This document shows positions 45,401 through 56,800 of a stretch of 64,000 nt of DNA, one piece after another. The DNA is taken from NCBI GenBank assembly GCA_000708835.1, contig DF237444.1, forward strand, positions 1 through 64,000, written 5' to 3'. Origin of the DNA: Klebsormidium nitens (lineage: Eukaryota > Plantae > Klebsormidiophyceae). How positions within the stretch are numbered: the first letter of the stretch is position 1; every line of letters begins with the position of its first letter. Both the position numbers and the translations under genes were made by a program. The notes under the pieces are model-generated. The model did no database searches. It was given only the letters and a program-made list of their open reading frames with translations, and was not told where the DNA came from.

Positions 45401-48108
45401 CTGCTACGGGCTCCGCGGGCCTTTGCTGGCGATGCGATGCAGGCTCCCTGTTCAGCTGAAGAGCCTACCCGTTTGATTGCATCGTGCCTGTTCGGTTGAC
45501 GACACCAGGAATTTTTAGAGCCGCCAAAACAAGGCAAGTCAGTTTGCTTGCGGGTGCGAGGCGTAAGGCACGGCTCCTGACGATTTTCTCCGCTGTCTGT
45601 TGTGCAGCTGGGCGACCCCAACTTCCGGCGCCACTTGCTTCTGCAGGCGCTCTTTGTTCTTCAGTGGCTGCGGGTGAGGCGCCAAATTGGATTGCTTGCA
45701 AGCTTCGGTCTATGTCTGCAATGGGTCCTGTTTGGAGACGTTGATGTTCTGATCCTTTCTTTGTCGTCGAAACCTTGGACGCTCGATCGATATGCTCTAT
45801 TGCCAGGCTGAGCGGCGAAACAGCAAGGTTGCGAAACCACCCCCGGACGTGGCGGCAGCAGCAGCAGAGCGCCTTGCTAGCTTGGAGGCCCACAGCAAGC
45901 AGCTGCTGCGCGGCTTGCCGCCCCATGGCGCGCAGTTTGCAGATTACGTAGAACATGTCTTGGAGCGCGAGAAGAACTGGGTGAGGAACCACTGCCAACA
46001 CGACTTTTGTGGGGGGACTCATCAAACGAAAGGCTTGTCTTCGTAGACGCCTTTGCGGAGCTAGTATGGAACCAGTGTTAAGTGTGCCGAATTGGACGGT
46101 GCCGGCTCTAACTGAGCACTGATTGCTTACCTGCCTACTTGGGCTAATGTTCGGAACTACGGACCGCTCATTGCCCGTCCTCCTTGTGCGCAGCTGCTGT
46201 GGAAGTTCACTCCGGTCCCAATGACCAAGCCCTCCAAGCCGAACACGCCCATTCCCCCGGGCGCACTCCAGGCGTGCCCCACCATCGAAAAAGACCCTCT
46301 CACTAAGGAGGACGCGCTGCGTCCCCCGGGCAAGCGAAAAGCGGTGCGGCGCACGGCGCTGGGCAACGAGGTGCTGGCTCGTGTGTGGAACAGCACGCGG
46401 GGAGACCCCATGGCCGCACTGCGAGGAGCGAAGCGAGCATACGTGCCGCCGTTCATGGACTACATGCAGCGGCTGGCGGACGAGATGGACCCGGAGAGCG
46501 GCATCGAGGAGGAGTACAGAGTCGCCAAATCGCCGGTAAGGATTCCGATGTTCCTGTTCGTTTCCAAAGGGGAGTGAGACTCTGTATGCGATCAATCGGG
46601 CCTGCTTCTATTTTCTGCTACAATGGTGCTTGATCTTCTGCTACATCCAAGTCGTAGCGTGCAAGCCCCAAGAAGTCCTGTGAGCAAGACCCTCTCTAGA
46701 AGCCTGTTTGAAGATTACAGCTGCTGACGTGGCGACTGCGTGATCTGTAAAGGTGTACGAGTGGCGGGGCCTGCGGCTCAACGCCCGACACAACGTGGCT
46801 GCTTTCGGGGATGTCGCCCGGCACGGGGGCGACCTGGCCGCGTTGCTGCCGAAGTCGATGCGCCCTGCGGCGGTCGCCGGCAAAGAGGAGGCGTCGCAGG
46901 GGGGAATCGAAAACGACCTGCTACAGGACGACGAGGACCCGGGAGAAGGGGCGGCGGAAGAGAGCGGGCCACGGGATGGGGGGGAGTCTGAAGCGAAGGA
47001 GGAGGCGAAAGCAGAGGAGGCAGGTGCGGATAAGAGCGAACGCGCAAGCGCTAAGGAGGATGCGAAAGCTGAGGAGGCGGATGCAATGAAGGTTGACCGC
47101 ACAAGCACTGCAGAGGAGGTTACGAAGCAAGAGGACGGAGGGGCGACCGACTCAGGGGCGGTGGCAACAGAAAAGGCCGGCGACGACACGGGCACGGCAG
47201 GGGAGGGGCGGGCGCCGGGTCCCCAGCCAATGGAGGTGGACAGTGTTGCGGAAGAGGGGGGTCAGGAAGGTCCTCAGAAAGAAAGTGCGGAGCCGGCGGC
47301 AGAAAAGACGGAAGAAGGGCCGGCACCAGAGAGGGTACAGCCCGAAGAGGAGGGGATGGAAGGTGCTGCCCCAAAAAGGGTCGAGGCTGAAGCGGCGCAG
47401 CTCGTGGTTGCAGAAGAGACGGGGCAGGCGGTGAAAACGGGCGAGAACACGCCGGAGACAAAGACGAGCGAAGAAACGGGCAGGTCGAATGCTGCCGGGG
47501 AAGAAGCGAAGGGGAAGGAAAGCTTGGAGCAGTCGGAGAAAGCTGGGGTTGCGAGTGAAGCTTTGGCGCCCACGGAATCTGTACTCGAGGTGGACAAAAA
47601 TGTTGTCCAGCAAGAGACGGAGACTATGGCCGAGGCTTCTGGTCGCAGCAAAGAGGATGACGTGGCCGCAGCAGAGGAGCTTGCTGGCCCCGCTACTGCT
47701 TCCACAGCGGTCACCAGGACCGACTTAGCGGAACAGGTCTCGGAAGCTGTTTTTCCAGGAAAGGCAAGCCCGACTCTTGAAAAACAAGGGCCCACCGGCC
47801 CCAAGGTGGAGAAGACAACACCCGTTGCCTCCTCAAAAGCTGAGGAACAAGCGTCAACGACACCCAAGGTTGAGGAAGAAGTGAGTGCCACGCCCCAGGA
47901 GAAAGAATTAGCGCCCGTCAGCCAAAAGGTGGAGGAACAAGCGCCTGGTGCCCAAGCAGAGCAGGAGGGCGCCAAAGAGGAGGCAACACCGGCACCGCCG
48001 GTAGCAGAAAGGGGTGGCCGAGGTAGGGGCAGGGGCCGAGGGAAGCGGAAGCCTGAGGAAACGGTGCAAGATTTGGCGGCGAGAAGAGTGACACGACGGA
48101 AGAAGTAA
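42484..48108 (+). CDS. THOC1: THO complex subunit 1 (HPR1/THOC1), multi-exon, with a long acidic C-terminal tail
   Basis: Exons translate to VMLAVLEDLMDM, LALLRTFKKLLKRLSK, VFSGRILMFMATIWSLSERSG, DKAFYQTFWSLQ, TTYLTSPKLLSLQ|LGDPNFRRHLLLQ, VEHVLEREKNW, LADEMDPESGIEEEY and VYEWRGLRL, collinear with plant THO1 motifs. The first exon (42484-42549) is less certain. Confidence 0.93.
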
Positions 48109-48392
48109 CGCAGGCAACTTGACGATCGAAGGACGCAAAAATCATGCTCGAGCATTTGCGCCTTAATCAAGTTTTTTGAAGCGACTCTGCGCAACGGATG
48201 TCTGTCGTGGTCCAAATGAGGCTGATTGCGTTGATGTGGTCATTCCTCTTTCTCGGAGGTGACATGCTCTCTACAAAGTGATTGTTGATTGCAACAATGG
48301 TGAATTAAACACCTTGAGCTAGTTCGCTGACCGAGCCTTACCACGTTGCTGATCCCTAGCTCGAGGCCGCCCCTTGATCGTTTCGATATACC

Positions 48393-48582
48393 CGTACTGC
48401 TATTTGATTTCGGCACCTTCGACGCCGAAAAGTTAATTATGAAACGTTTATTCCTTTCGGCAGACCTAGTGCTACCTGCTAAAAAGTCCCATTGTCGACC
48501 ATTATCGCTCCAAAATATATTCCAGCGGAATTCGGCAGGGCACATAATTGTTTATTTTTTGCCGAAATCACGTAGCAGTACG
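48393..48582. repeat. 23-bp inverted repeat with a 144-bp spacer (hairpin or MITE relic)
   Basis: CGTACTGCTATTTGATTTCGGCA (48393-48415) vs the reverse complement of 48560-48582, CGTACTGCTACGTGATTTCGGCA: 21/23 identical. No clear TSD. Confidence 0.75.
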
Positions 48583-49114
48583 TACGGTATCTTGTACTAC
48601 GCGAATATATTCTGAATGTGAGGATCGTCTGCAAGTGCGCGCATGCACGCGAGTTAGTACAGCTATACTACTAGTGGGAATGAGCGGGCCAGGCATGTTG
48701 GAATGAATAAATCAACCGGCGCCAGCGGCCGCGCCGGGACGCCAGCATGCATCATGCGTATGTGCGCATGATCTTAATCATATAGGGTGCCATAGGTATG
48801 TGGCCAGCTCGAAGGCAGCACTGTGATCGTCAAGAGCTACGTTGAACCATGTTGTGCAGCCATGCACTCAGTAGCCTTTGTCTGGAACATGATACGGTGC
48901 CCAAGACACGGTGAAATTCAGAGAAATATCTGCGCCAGTGTATCTTATCCGACTATAAACCTACACAAACGATCTGAACGGTAGGTATGTGTAAATCACT
49001 TCGCGAGATAGGGAAACAAGCAGATATAACCGCACATGTATGCACTGAGAAGTGCAATTGACTTTTGTTGCGCATACGACCCGTACCGTACGAATTCAGC
49101 ACATCCATGATGCG

Positions 49115-52100
49115 TTACAGTCGGGAGAGCTGCGTCGTCTTAGCTCGGTGTATCGTTGCCAAGTGCCATGCAATTTGTGCCCCGATTTTGGCGTTGTTCT
49201 TGACGAGAGCGACATCTGGAGAAAAGACCAGGTCAAGGCAAGTTTAGCCCAAAGACTGGCCACCAGAAAGCAGAACGAGGAGAAGATGAAAAGGTGACCA
49301 AGGTTTTCGTTGACAAACCTGAAGTAAGACAAACCTCAAGTAAAGTGCTGCTTTGACAGAGGTGCCGCAACACGTGTTGCAAAGACAAACTTCCTTACTT
49401 GCACTCAAACAAGCTGGAATCAAGTTTGCGCAAGCGGGAACAGAGTCACTTGGATTTGAAGCCTTACTTGCTTGTAAAGATGCTCCACCACTTAGTTCGT
49501 TGACCCGCTTGAGAAGGAAAGGGGTGCTGTCTGCCCCACTGATTTTTCCGCTGGAAGCAATCACCAAGAGTCAATGACGAAGCGTTTATGCAGATGAACC
49601 TAGTAGACAAACGAGTCATTTGAATTGAGCCAGCGGGCGAACTTGCAAACCGAATTTGATGTCAACGTTCTAGTAAGTCAAAGAAAAGTAGGTCTCTTGG
49701 CTGTCAGAGACGGAGTGCTAAGAGGCAAACGTCAGCGCCTCCCTTTGATGTGAACAGTCGGGCATATCGTCTCGATCCTACGGCGAAACGGATTGTGGAG
49801 AGCGTAAGAAGGCGCTGCTGCCAGTCAGCAGAGTCCTCGACTTGCAAGAGATGCTCGCACCTCGCCTCTGACAGTGCTCTTTGGATCGCCGCCTCCACCT
49901 TTTCCGAAGCCGCCGCATCCGACTCAGGAATCGGAACCCCGATCACGATGCCGCTGCCCAAACCCAGCCTCACGTTTGCGTCTGCAGACACGGTTGCAGC
50001 TGTAAACCGTGGTCCTTTCCAACCTCCAGCGTACGGCATGAACGGACAAACAAGAACATATGGTTTCCTCTTGTTCAAAGACAGCATAATCCAACGCACT
50101 GGATCTCTCTGCAGGCAAAGTAGTTGCATAGCTCGACCTTTACCTTTGGATGTATCGACGTAACGGGCTTCAAGACTCAGTCAGGAAAAGTGGGAGAAGA
50201 GAACAACCATGAAGTCCTCATCGGAGCAATAAAGTCGTGCGTCGAAAATTTGCCATCGGCATGCAGCAAAGCCGTCGAGTCGTAGGCAAAAGGTAGCACT
50301 CGAGCAGAAGTAACCAAGAAGCTCAAACATATTTCTCGTCCCCCGTAAGGAGTGTGCTCACCTATAAGCTCCGCACACTCCATCTCCGAGTTAACCCGGC
50401 TTGGGGCCTGCGAAGCGGACGAATTTGCACTGATTAACCACTGTGATTAACGCAGCAGAGTCTTTGTGTCAGAACATATAAGACAACAACCGCACCACTT
50501 CAAAGCTCCGCGGCAGATTTTACCACTGACTCGTGCCCACGGACCTGCGCAAAAGCCTTAGTCACGGGCAGCTCGAAAGGGCAGTAAGGGATCTCTGAAC
50601 ACACACCCGCTTTTTGAGCACGACCGCGACCGACTCAGAATAATGCAACTTTTCTTGTGGGCCAGGTTCATTGACACAGTTGGTCCGACGCCAAATCGTC
50701 AATGCAGAGCAGTTGCTTTGACTCTTATTTCAAGACCCTGGTATGAATGGGGGCTGGGGTTTGCCTGCGTTACCGGACCTTGCAGCCGCTGTGGGGCGTG
50801 AAAAAGGCGGGGAACTCGTCCGTACCAAGAGCGGCGACCGTGACTCCTTGCGTCTCCTGAGCGGCAAGACAGGACGTGAAGGTCATGCTGGGGAAGATAT
50901 AACAAGGACGATCGTTCGCATTGAGAGAACGAGCATACTTCGAGCGATGCTCCACAATGAATCCTCCCAAAATAAGCGTCGACAGGACGCAGGCCTTCAT
51001 GGGGTGTCAGAGGCCCTCATCTCCGCACAGTGACTATTCTTGGAATTCAATCACCAAGGCCCAAGAAAACTGAAATTGCCAGACTAACCACATTCATTAT
51101 AGGGCAAACTTGCAATAGACAGGGAGCACTTCAGCCGAACACTGATTCTTGGACGGCTTACCAGGTACTCGAGAGTACGTGGAATATCCAGGATCGATTT
51201 CACGCCCGCGCAGACCACAGCGACCGGTGTGCGCCCCAGCTCCGTCAAGTCGGAGGAGATGTCCATGCCTAGGTGGAAATGTGACGCCTCGGTCAACCGA
51301 ACGTCGTGCTCTTTTTGTCGGCACAATGGGTCGCAAATGGGGCACGTGTGTCAGCATTTCAAGCAGAGGCACCAAATTCACGAATAACCACAGGCTCTGA
51401 CGGCTGGATCTCCAAGAAGTAAACCAAAGGGCCACCGCCGAGTCTACTCACTGCTCTCTGCTCCTCGATGGACACCCCCGATTCCTCCCGTAACGAAAAC
51501 CGGGATCCCAACCTGCAAACAGGACCAAGAAGTTGGGATTGGCAACAGTGGCATTGATTCTGCTCAGCCGAAGGCATTTTACACCGATAACAACTGGAAA
51601 CGCACGACTTGGAAGTCCTCAAACGAAGGGCTCTGACTGAGGACGACATGAAAACTTGCAAGGTGACTCATTCAGAACCTGCGCAGTAGAGAGCCTACTA
51701 GAGCTGCGGCTAGGAGGTTAGAGGGCGCGTGCATATTCTAAAACCAAGTTGCTTTCGTGTGGCAATTTGTCCTCATTGTCCTTTCCGTCCCTCAGTTTCG
51801 CAGCATCCCCCAGCTTGCTCTCCTACTCGTCCCTTCAACGTCCTTCTAAATGCAAGTATTTAGTGGCATGCTTCGAGAATCTGAAGCAGGGTCTCACGAA
51901 GGCAAATCTGGAGTATTTTTCTTCGTGCTCCCGGCAATTGGGCCGAGCTCACTTGAACCCTCCGTCGTGGGAAAGTCAGTGATGTCTAGATGACTTTGAG
52001 AGCATTATTTTTTCTTTGTCCCAAGCAGCAGCTCCTTCTTTCACATGTGCCTATGCAAGCACTCCACTTTCAAGCCTCTGATTGGACTCGCTTGATCGCT

Positions 52101-53491
52101 TGATGCATTTGGTGTGTTTGTGGACCTATTAGGGGCAGCCTTTCAAGCATACAGCCGACGCACCTTGGCTGCAAAAAACATTGTGGCTGACACGGTTGTA
52201 GCCCCATCCTTCTTCTGCGAGACTACATAGGCAATGTCTCGTCGAGCTGTCTTCTTGACGCTCAGGCCTCTGCGAGCCAAATCTTCAAGCTCAGCACCAG
52301 TCAAGCCTGTACCAGGGGACTGGACTTCAGGGGGATCCCTCTCAGGGCAGAATAAGAGGAGCATCGTGGATGTCTCGAACTGAAAGCTTCAAGATCAAGT
52401 TGGGTACTTCACCTTTATTGACGCATATCAGTCATGTCTGCAAGCAATGTAACTTTCATTGCCGCCTGGAAGAATTGGTCGCCTGACAAATAATTCTGAT
52501 GGCTGCAAGGAGGGCAACCTGAATTGACCACCAGTCTTGGAGGTTTGTAAGTTCAGTCCCTCACCCACATGCACCACACCTCGTATGATTGCTATGGTGG
52601 CAGGTTCTGCTCCATTAGCTCTTACAATATCCTCAACTTCTCGGGCCGTCTTCAGGTTCTGGGGAAACGGCATACCTGTATAAGCATTGTTCCGCCCCAC
52701 TTTCAGTTTATCAGAGCGATAAGCAGTGCAAGACAAGAGTAAGGTAGACGAATTCAACTCAATTTCGCTTGCTAATCTTCTGAGCTACAACAGATGAAGC
52801 TGCGGCCAGAAGGTGAAGCGTCAGCAGAGCAGAGCTTCCAATCACAGAAAGCTACTTTATGGAAAACTAGTTTTCTGGGGCAGGAGAAAAGGCCACCGTT
52901 CATTCCAACACATGTGTCTCATGCTTTTCGAAGGTGCTCAGCGAACTCCGTTGCGAGGTGTCAAACAGTCATGAAACCGCAATTGAAGCGCCTGTACTGA
53001 GGATAAGTGAGCGCCATAGGCAGCTTGTCTCAGTACATGGATAATTGATGATTTAGTATGTACTCCGCTTACCACCACCAGGCGCACGTTGGTTGAGTTT
53101 TCGAATCAGGTGGTGCTAGCTCTGCCGCTTTAGCAGTCCAAAACTACTTACCATGGCAAACAATCGTGGACTCCAGGGCCACCACTGGGCTGCCTGCCTC
53201 CAAAGCCCTCTTAACTGGATCACTGACCTGGTAGGCGCTTCCGTTACAAGCTTCCATGGCTATCTGTGCACTGACAGCCATCCTGCTGCCGCTACTTGTT
53301 TGTGTGTGGTTCAGGCCAAAAGCTGATAATCTGTCAGAATCAATGCTTGGAAGCAGCATTTGCTCGTGCTCTCCAGATTGACCCGAAGAAGCCCTCCCAG
53401 AACAGCAGGCTGCGTCTTGCAGAAGCTCATAGTCAGCACTCTGTAGATGCCTGTGGAGCACCATCATTCTTTTCGCCCCAGGTGCAGCCAT
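49115..53491 (-). CDS. PUMY: Pseudouridine-5'-phosphate glycosidase (PsuG / IndA family, plant PUMY), peroxisomal
   Basis: Exons give [12 protein letters not shown]|[21 protein letters not shown]..|..[26 protein letters not shown]|[19 protein letters not shown]|[36 protein letters not shown]|ETQGV..EFPAFFT..|..[20 protein letters not shown]|[18 protein letters not shown]. Confidence 0.96.
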
Positions 53492-53861
53492 CCTGAACAG
53501 GGAAGATCAGCTCGAGCTGCGGCTCACACCTGCGAAATTTGAACGAAGTTGGCGCTGACCTGGCAGTGATTGTCTGAATCATAATGTGACACTGATTGCC
53601 CATCCTTCTGCAGACTGTCTTGGCATTGTTGACAGTCACTCTGACATTTACAGTGATGTTGACCCTTGAAAGTTGAAAGTCCTGTCACATTCATTGCATG
53701 GACTGTCTCGTCAAGAACAAGGGAGAAGGGCGCTTCATTTTGTGAGATGCCACCCGATTTCCAAGCCGCTGAGGACCAATGGCCAAGCCCTGAGTTCAGT
53801 GGCAGCAAGAGCAATCCCTTTCAAACAGCGGCGCTCGCTTGTGCTGAAAGGGCCTACAATC

Positions 53862-56800
53862 ATGTTACGGCGTCTGCCTTCAGGAGGGGGGGCAGACGAA
53901 GAAGCCATCTCTTGCCCCGCCTGCGTGCGCCTGGATGAGTATCAAGGGCCAATTCGTCTTGGGCGGCACACAAGTGCTGAGATAAGATGTTTGTCCACAA
54001 AAACCTCTGCAGAGCGAGAGGTCACCAACGCAGCAGTCTCAAGGTGGCATGCAGAGATAACGCGAACTGCTGGGGGAGATTATGTCATCAAGGACACATC
54101 AGCAAACGGGACGATGGTATGTAACTGGCTCACATGAGGTTGTTTACAAGATAGTGAAGGTGATTGAGAAGGCAGGCACAGAATGCACTTCTCAATGGTT
54201 TAGTGCTTCCTGTGGAAATGTTGCAATGCACTGCATCATGAAGCTTCTTTGAATGCCTGTTGGGTGGTGTGAACAGGACAGGCCTCAGACAATTGACTTT
54301 TTGATGCACTGCTCGTACAGGTCAACGGTCATAAGCTTGTTGGTACACACACTCTCGCTGAAGGAGACGTCATCATTCTTGGTAGGTCTGCACACTAATC
54401 TGACAACATCATGCAAGCTCCCCAAGTGTCGTGTGCTTCTTCTTTTCAAGTGCACCCCATCTTTTTGGTATTGGCACCGCCTATCTTATCTTGAAGAGCA
54501 TCTTGTGCTGCAAATATGCCTTGCCCAATTGGCCGCAGCCTGTAACTAGCAACGCACCTCGACTGATTCAGGGGTTGATGGACCCCAGCTCTGAGCTTCC
54601 ACCTCTGGCTGAAGGTGACCAAATCTCTTTTGCTGCACAGGGATGCCAACATACAAAGCTACACCCCACTTGGAGACTAGCACCGAAGTCACCAACCCTT
54701 TCCGTTTTGAATTCTCTGTCGACCAAGGACGTCCTGTTGGACTCTCTGAGGCCCAACCTGCTGCTCCGTTAGTTCCCCCTGGTGTGCCTCAATTGGACAA
54801 ACAGAGTCATGCTGCACAGCCCCCGGGCTGCAGTCTCTTGTCGCCACCAGCGCCCCTTGAGAAACCCTTGGGCGCAAGCCTTCGATCGGCTGAGGAACGG
54901 CTTCCTAGAGTAGACCTAGCCGGAGTTAATCCAACGCTTGACCGTATAGACCGTGTACAAAAACCATCAGAGGACACTGCGCAGTTGCAGGACGGGGATG
55001 CAAGTAGACCGGATTCAACAGCCAACTTAGTCAAGCCACGTCACCCTGCTGACCGCAATACCGGTGGAGAGTCCCGCAGAGGCAGGAGGCTGGTGAGGAT
55101 CCACGGAGACCGGCAGGGCAATGGAAACGAGTTCGTTGACTTGTCTGACCTCCCAGAAGTGGAGCTGCCTGATGCTGGTAGAGGGGCAGGCGGGGCACGC
55201 AGGCAAAGATTAGAAGATCAGACTGAAGCCGCCAGGACAGGAGACGGTATTGGGCATGCGCTTAACACAGAACAGGCAGGGCAAGATAGGGAGAGTGGAC
55301 GTCAACAAGCAGACACTGCGGAAGGGCTTGGCCGGGTTGACGAGGGGCGAGAGCGCGTGCGGCAGCGGCTGATGGAGGTGGTGCGGGCGAAAGCTCGCGC
55401 AGACGAGCGGCAGAGCCCCCTCAAGAGGCGCAGCCCGGACTCCCCGTCTACGGGCGTATCACGGATGGCAAAGCTTTTGAAACCAGGGACAGCCTCCCGG
55501 ACTGCCGCGCCGGGCACGCCACTCAGCTTAGCGGACGACTGCCCACTTTTGGAGGTGCCGGAAGTAGGGGACGGGAGGGGGGGCGCTGTGCGGACCCGTG
55601 GCCTGGGGCCCCAATCCGCAGGCAGTGCTCCTAACCCGGGGCAGAGCTTGGTGATTGAGGTCCCTGCGAGTATGGATCCCCCAGCGAACCAGGATGCGGA
55701 TGTGCCTGATGGTCTGATTGTGGATCCTCCGGGAGAGGCGTCCGCGCCGAGCGTGCCTGTGGAACCACCGCAAGCCCCTCCCACTGCCACGGAAGACTCA
55801 GGTAGGGGCGCTAGTAAGAATGAGAGCTGACCTGCTATTTCCGAGTACTGCTTCATGACCAAGAAACGCTTCTGCCATGGAAGAGTCGGCATATCTATCT
55901 TTACGCTGTTCGATGGTCACAAAACTTTCTTTGTTTGGTTGAGGTTAAGCATCCGATAGGGTTTGTGCACAAAGCTTGCTGGGCCTTTCCATCTGAGATT
56001 CCGTACAGTATGGCGCAAGAGCATTGGCACGATCCTCATACCCTCTCCCAATTGACTCTCTGCTTAGTCTGAATATTGTGGGTTCGAACTATGGGCTGGC
56101 TACTTTTGAACATCGTTTCAAACTGTCACGCTGGGTTCCAAGAGCCTGGGCAGGGCACGAGAATCAGAAAGGGGTGACCAAATCAATTCAGGAGCTTCAC
56201 CAGGAAAGAGTGTGACCAGCACGACTTAGCTTCGCTTCATCTTCCGTCATGTCGACCTGGTAGTGGTGGGTCGTGCGCTCCAATTTCAACAAGAGAACGT
56301 CTCAAACTACGATGACTGTCGTTGACGTGTGAATGACGTGCAAAGGCCAATCGAAGCGTCCGCTGCCTACTTCCAAACAAGAGCCAAGTGCCCCGATCGG
56401 TAGCCACACCAAGCTGGTTCGTCTTCTGATCGGAACTGACGCAGATACCGTTCTTCTTGCAGCCAAGCAGAGCGCGGAGGCGGAGGTGCTGGAGATGCTG
56501 GGCGAGGAGATGCAGTGCGTCATCTGCCAGAGCTTCCTGTGCGCGGCGCACGCGCTGCCGTGCTCGCACACCTTCTGCGGGGACTGCCTCGTCCAGTGGC
56601 TCAGCAAGAAGCCGCACTGCCCCACGTGCCGCCAGCCGACCGGGGGGGCCAACCCGACGCCGATTCATAACATTGACAGCATGATCGAACGGGCCGCCAG
56701 TGTAAGTGACGCATGCAGTGTAATTGAGTTTTCCGTTTTTAGGCACCGATGGCGCCTACCCGCTGAGTCTGCAGTGATGTTCCTGAATACTGACAGGCAA

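Noticed and set aside
47274-48215. Long antisense ORFs (also 3328-4170, 9562-10632, 28049-28681, 55302-55892)
   Set aside because: Shadows of GC-rich or low-complexity coding exons on the opposite strand.
54571-54640. Intronic segment reading LPPLAEGDQISF, resembling the FHA end (LAEGDVIILG), as a mutually exclusive exon
   Set aside because: None of the acceptor options I tried restores the downstream frame, and the exon at 54321-54381 already completes the FHA. Treated as coincidence or relic.
56075-56100. tRNA T-loop-like GGTTCGAA
   Set aside because: No cloverleaf stems or A-box. I recognised no tRNA, rRNA or snRNA anywhere in the window.
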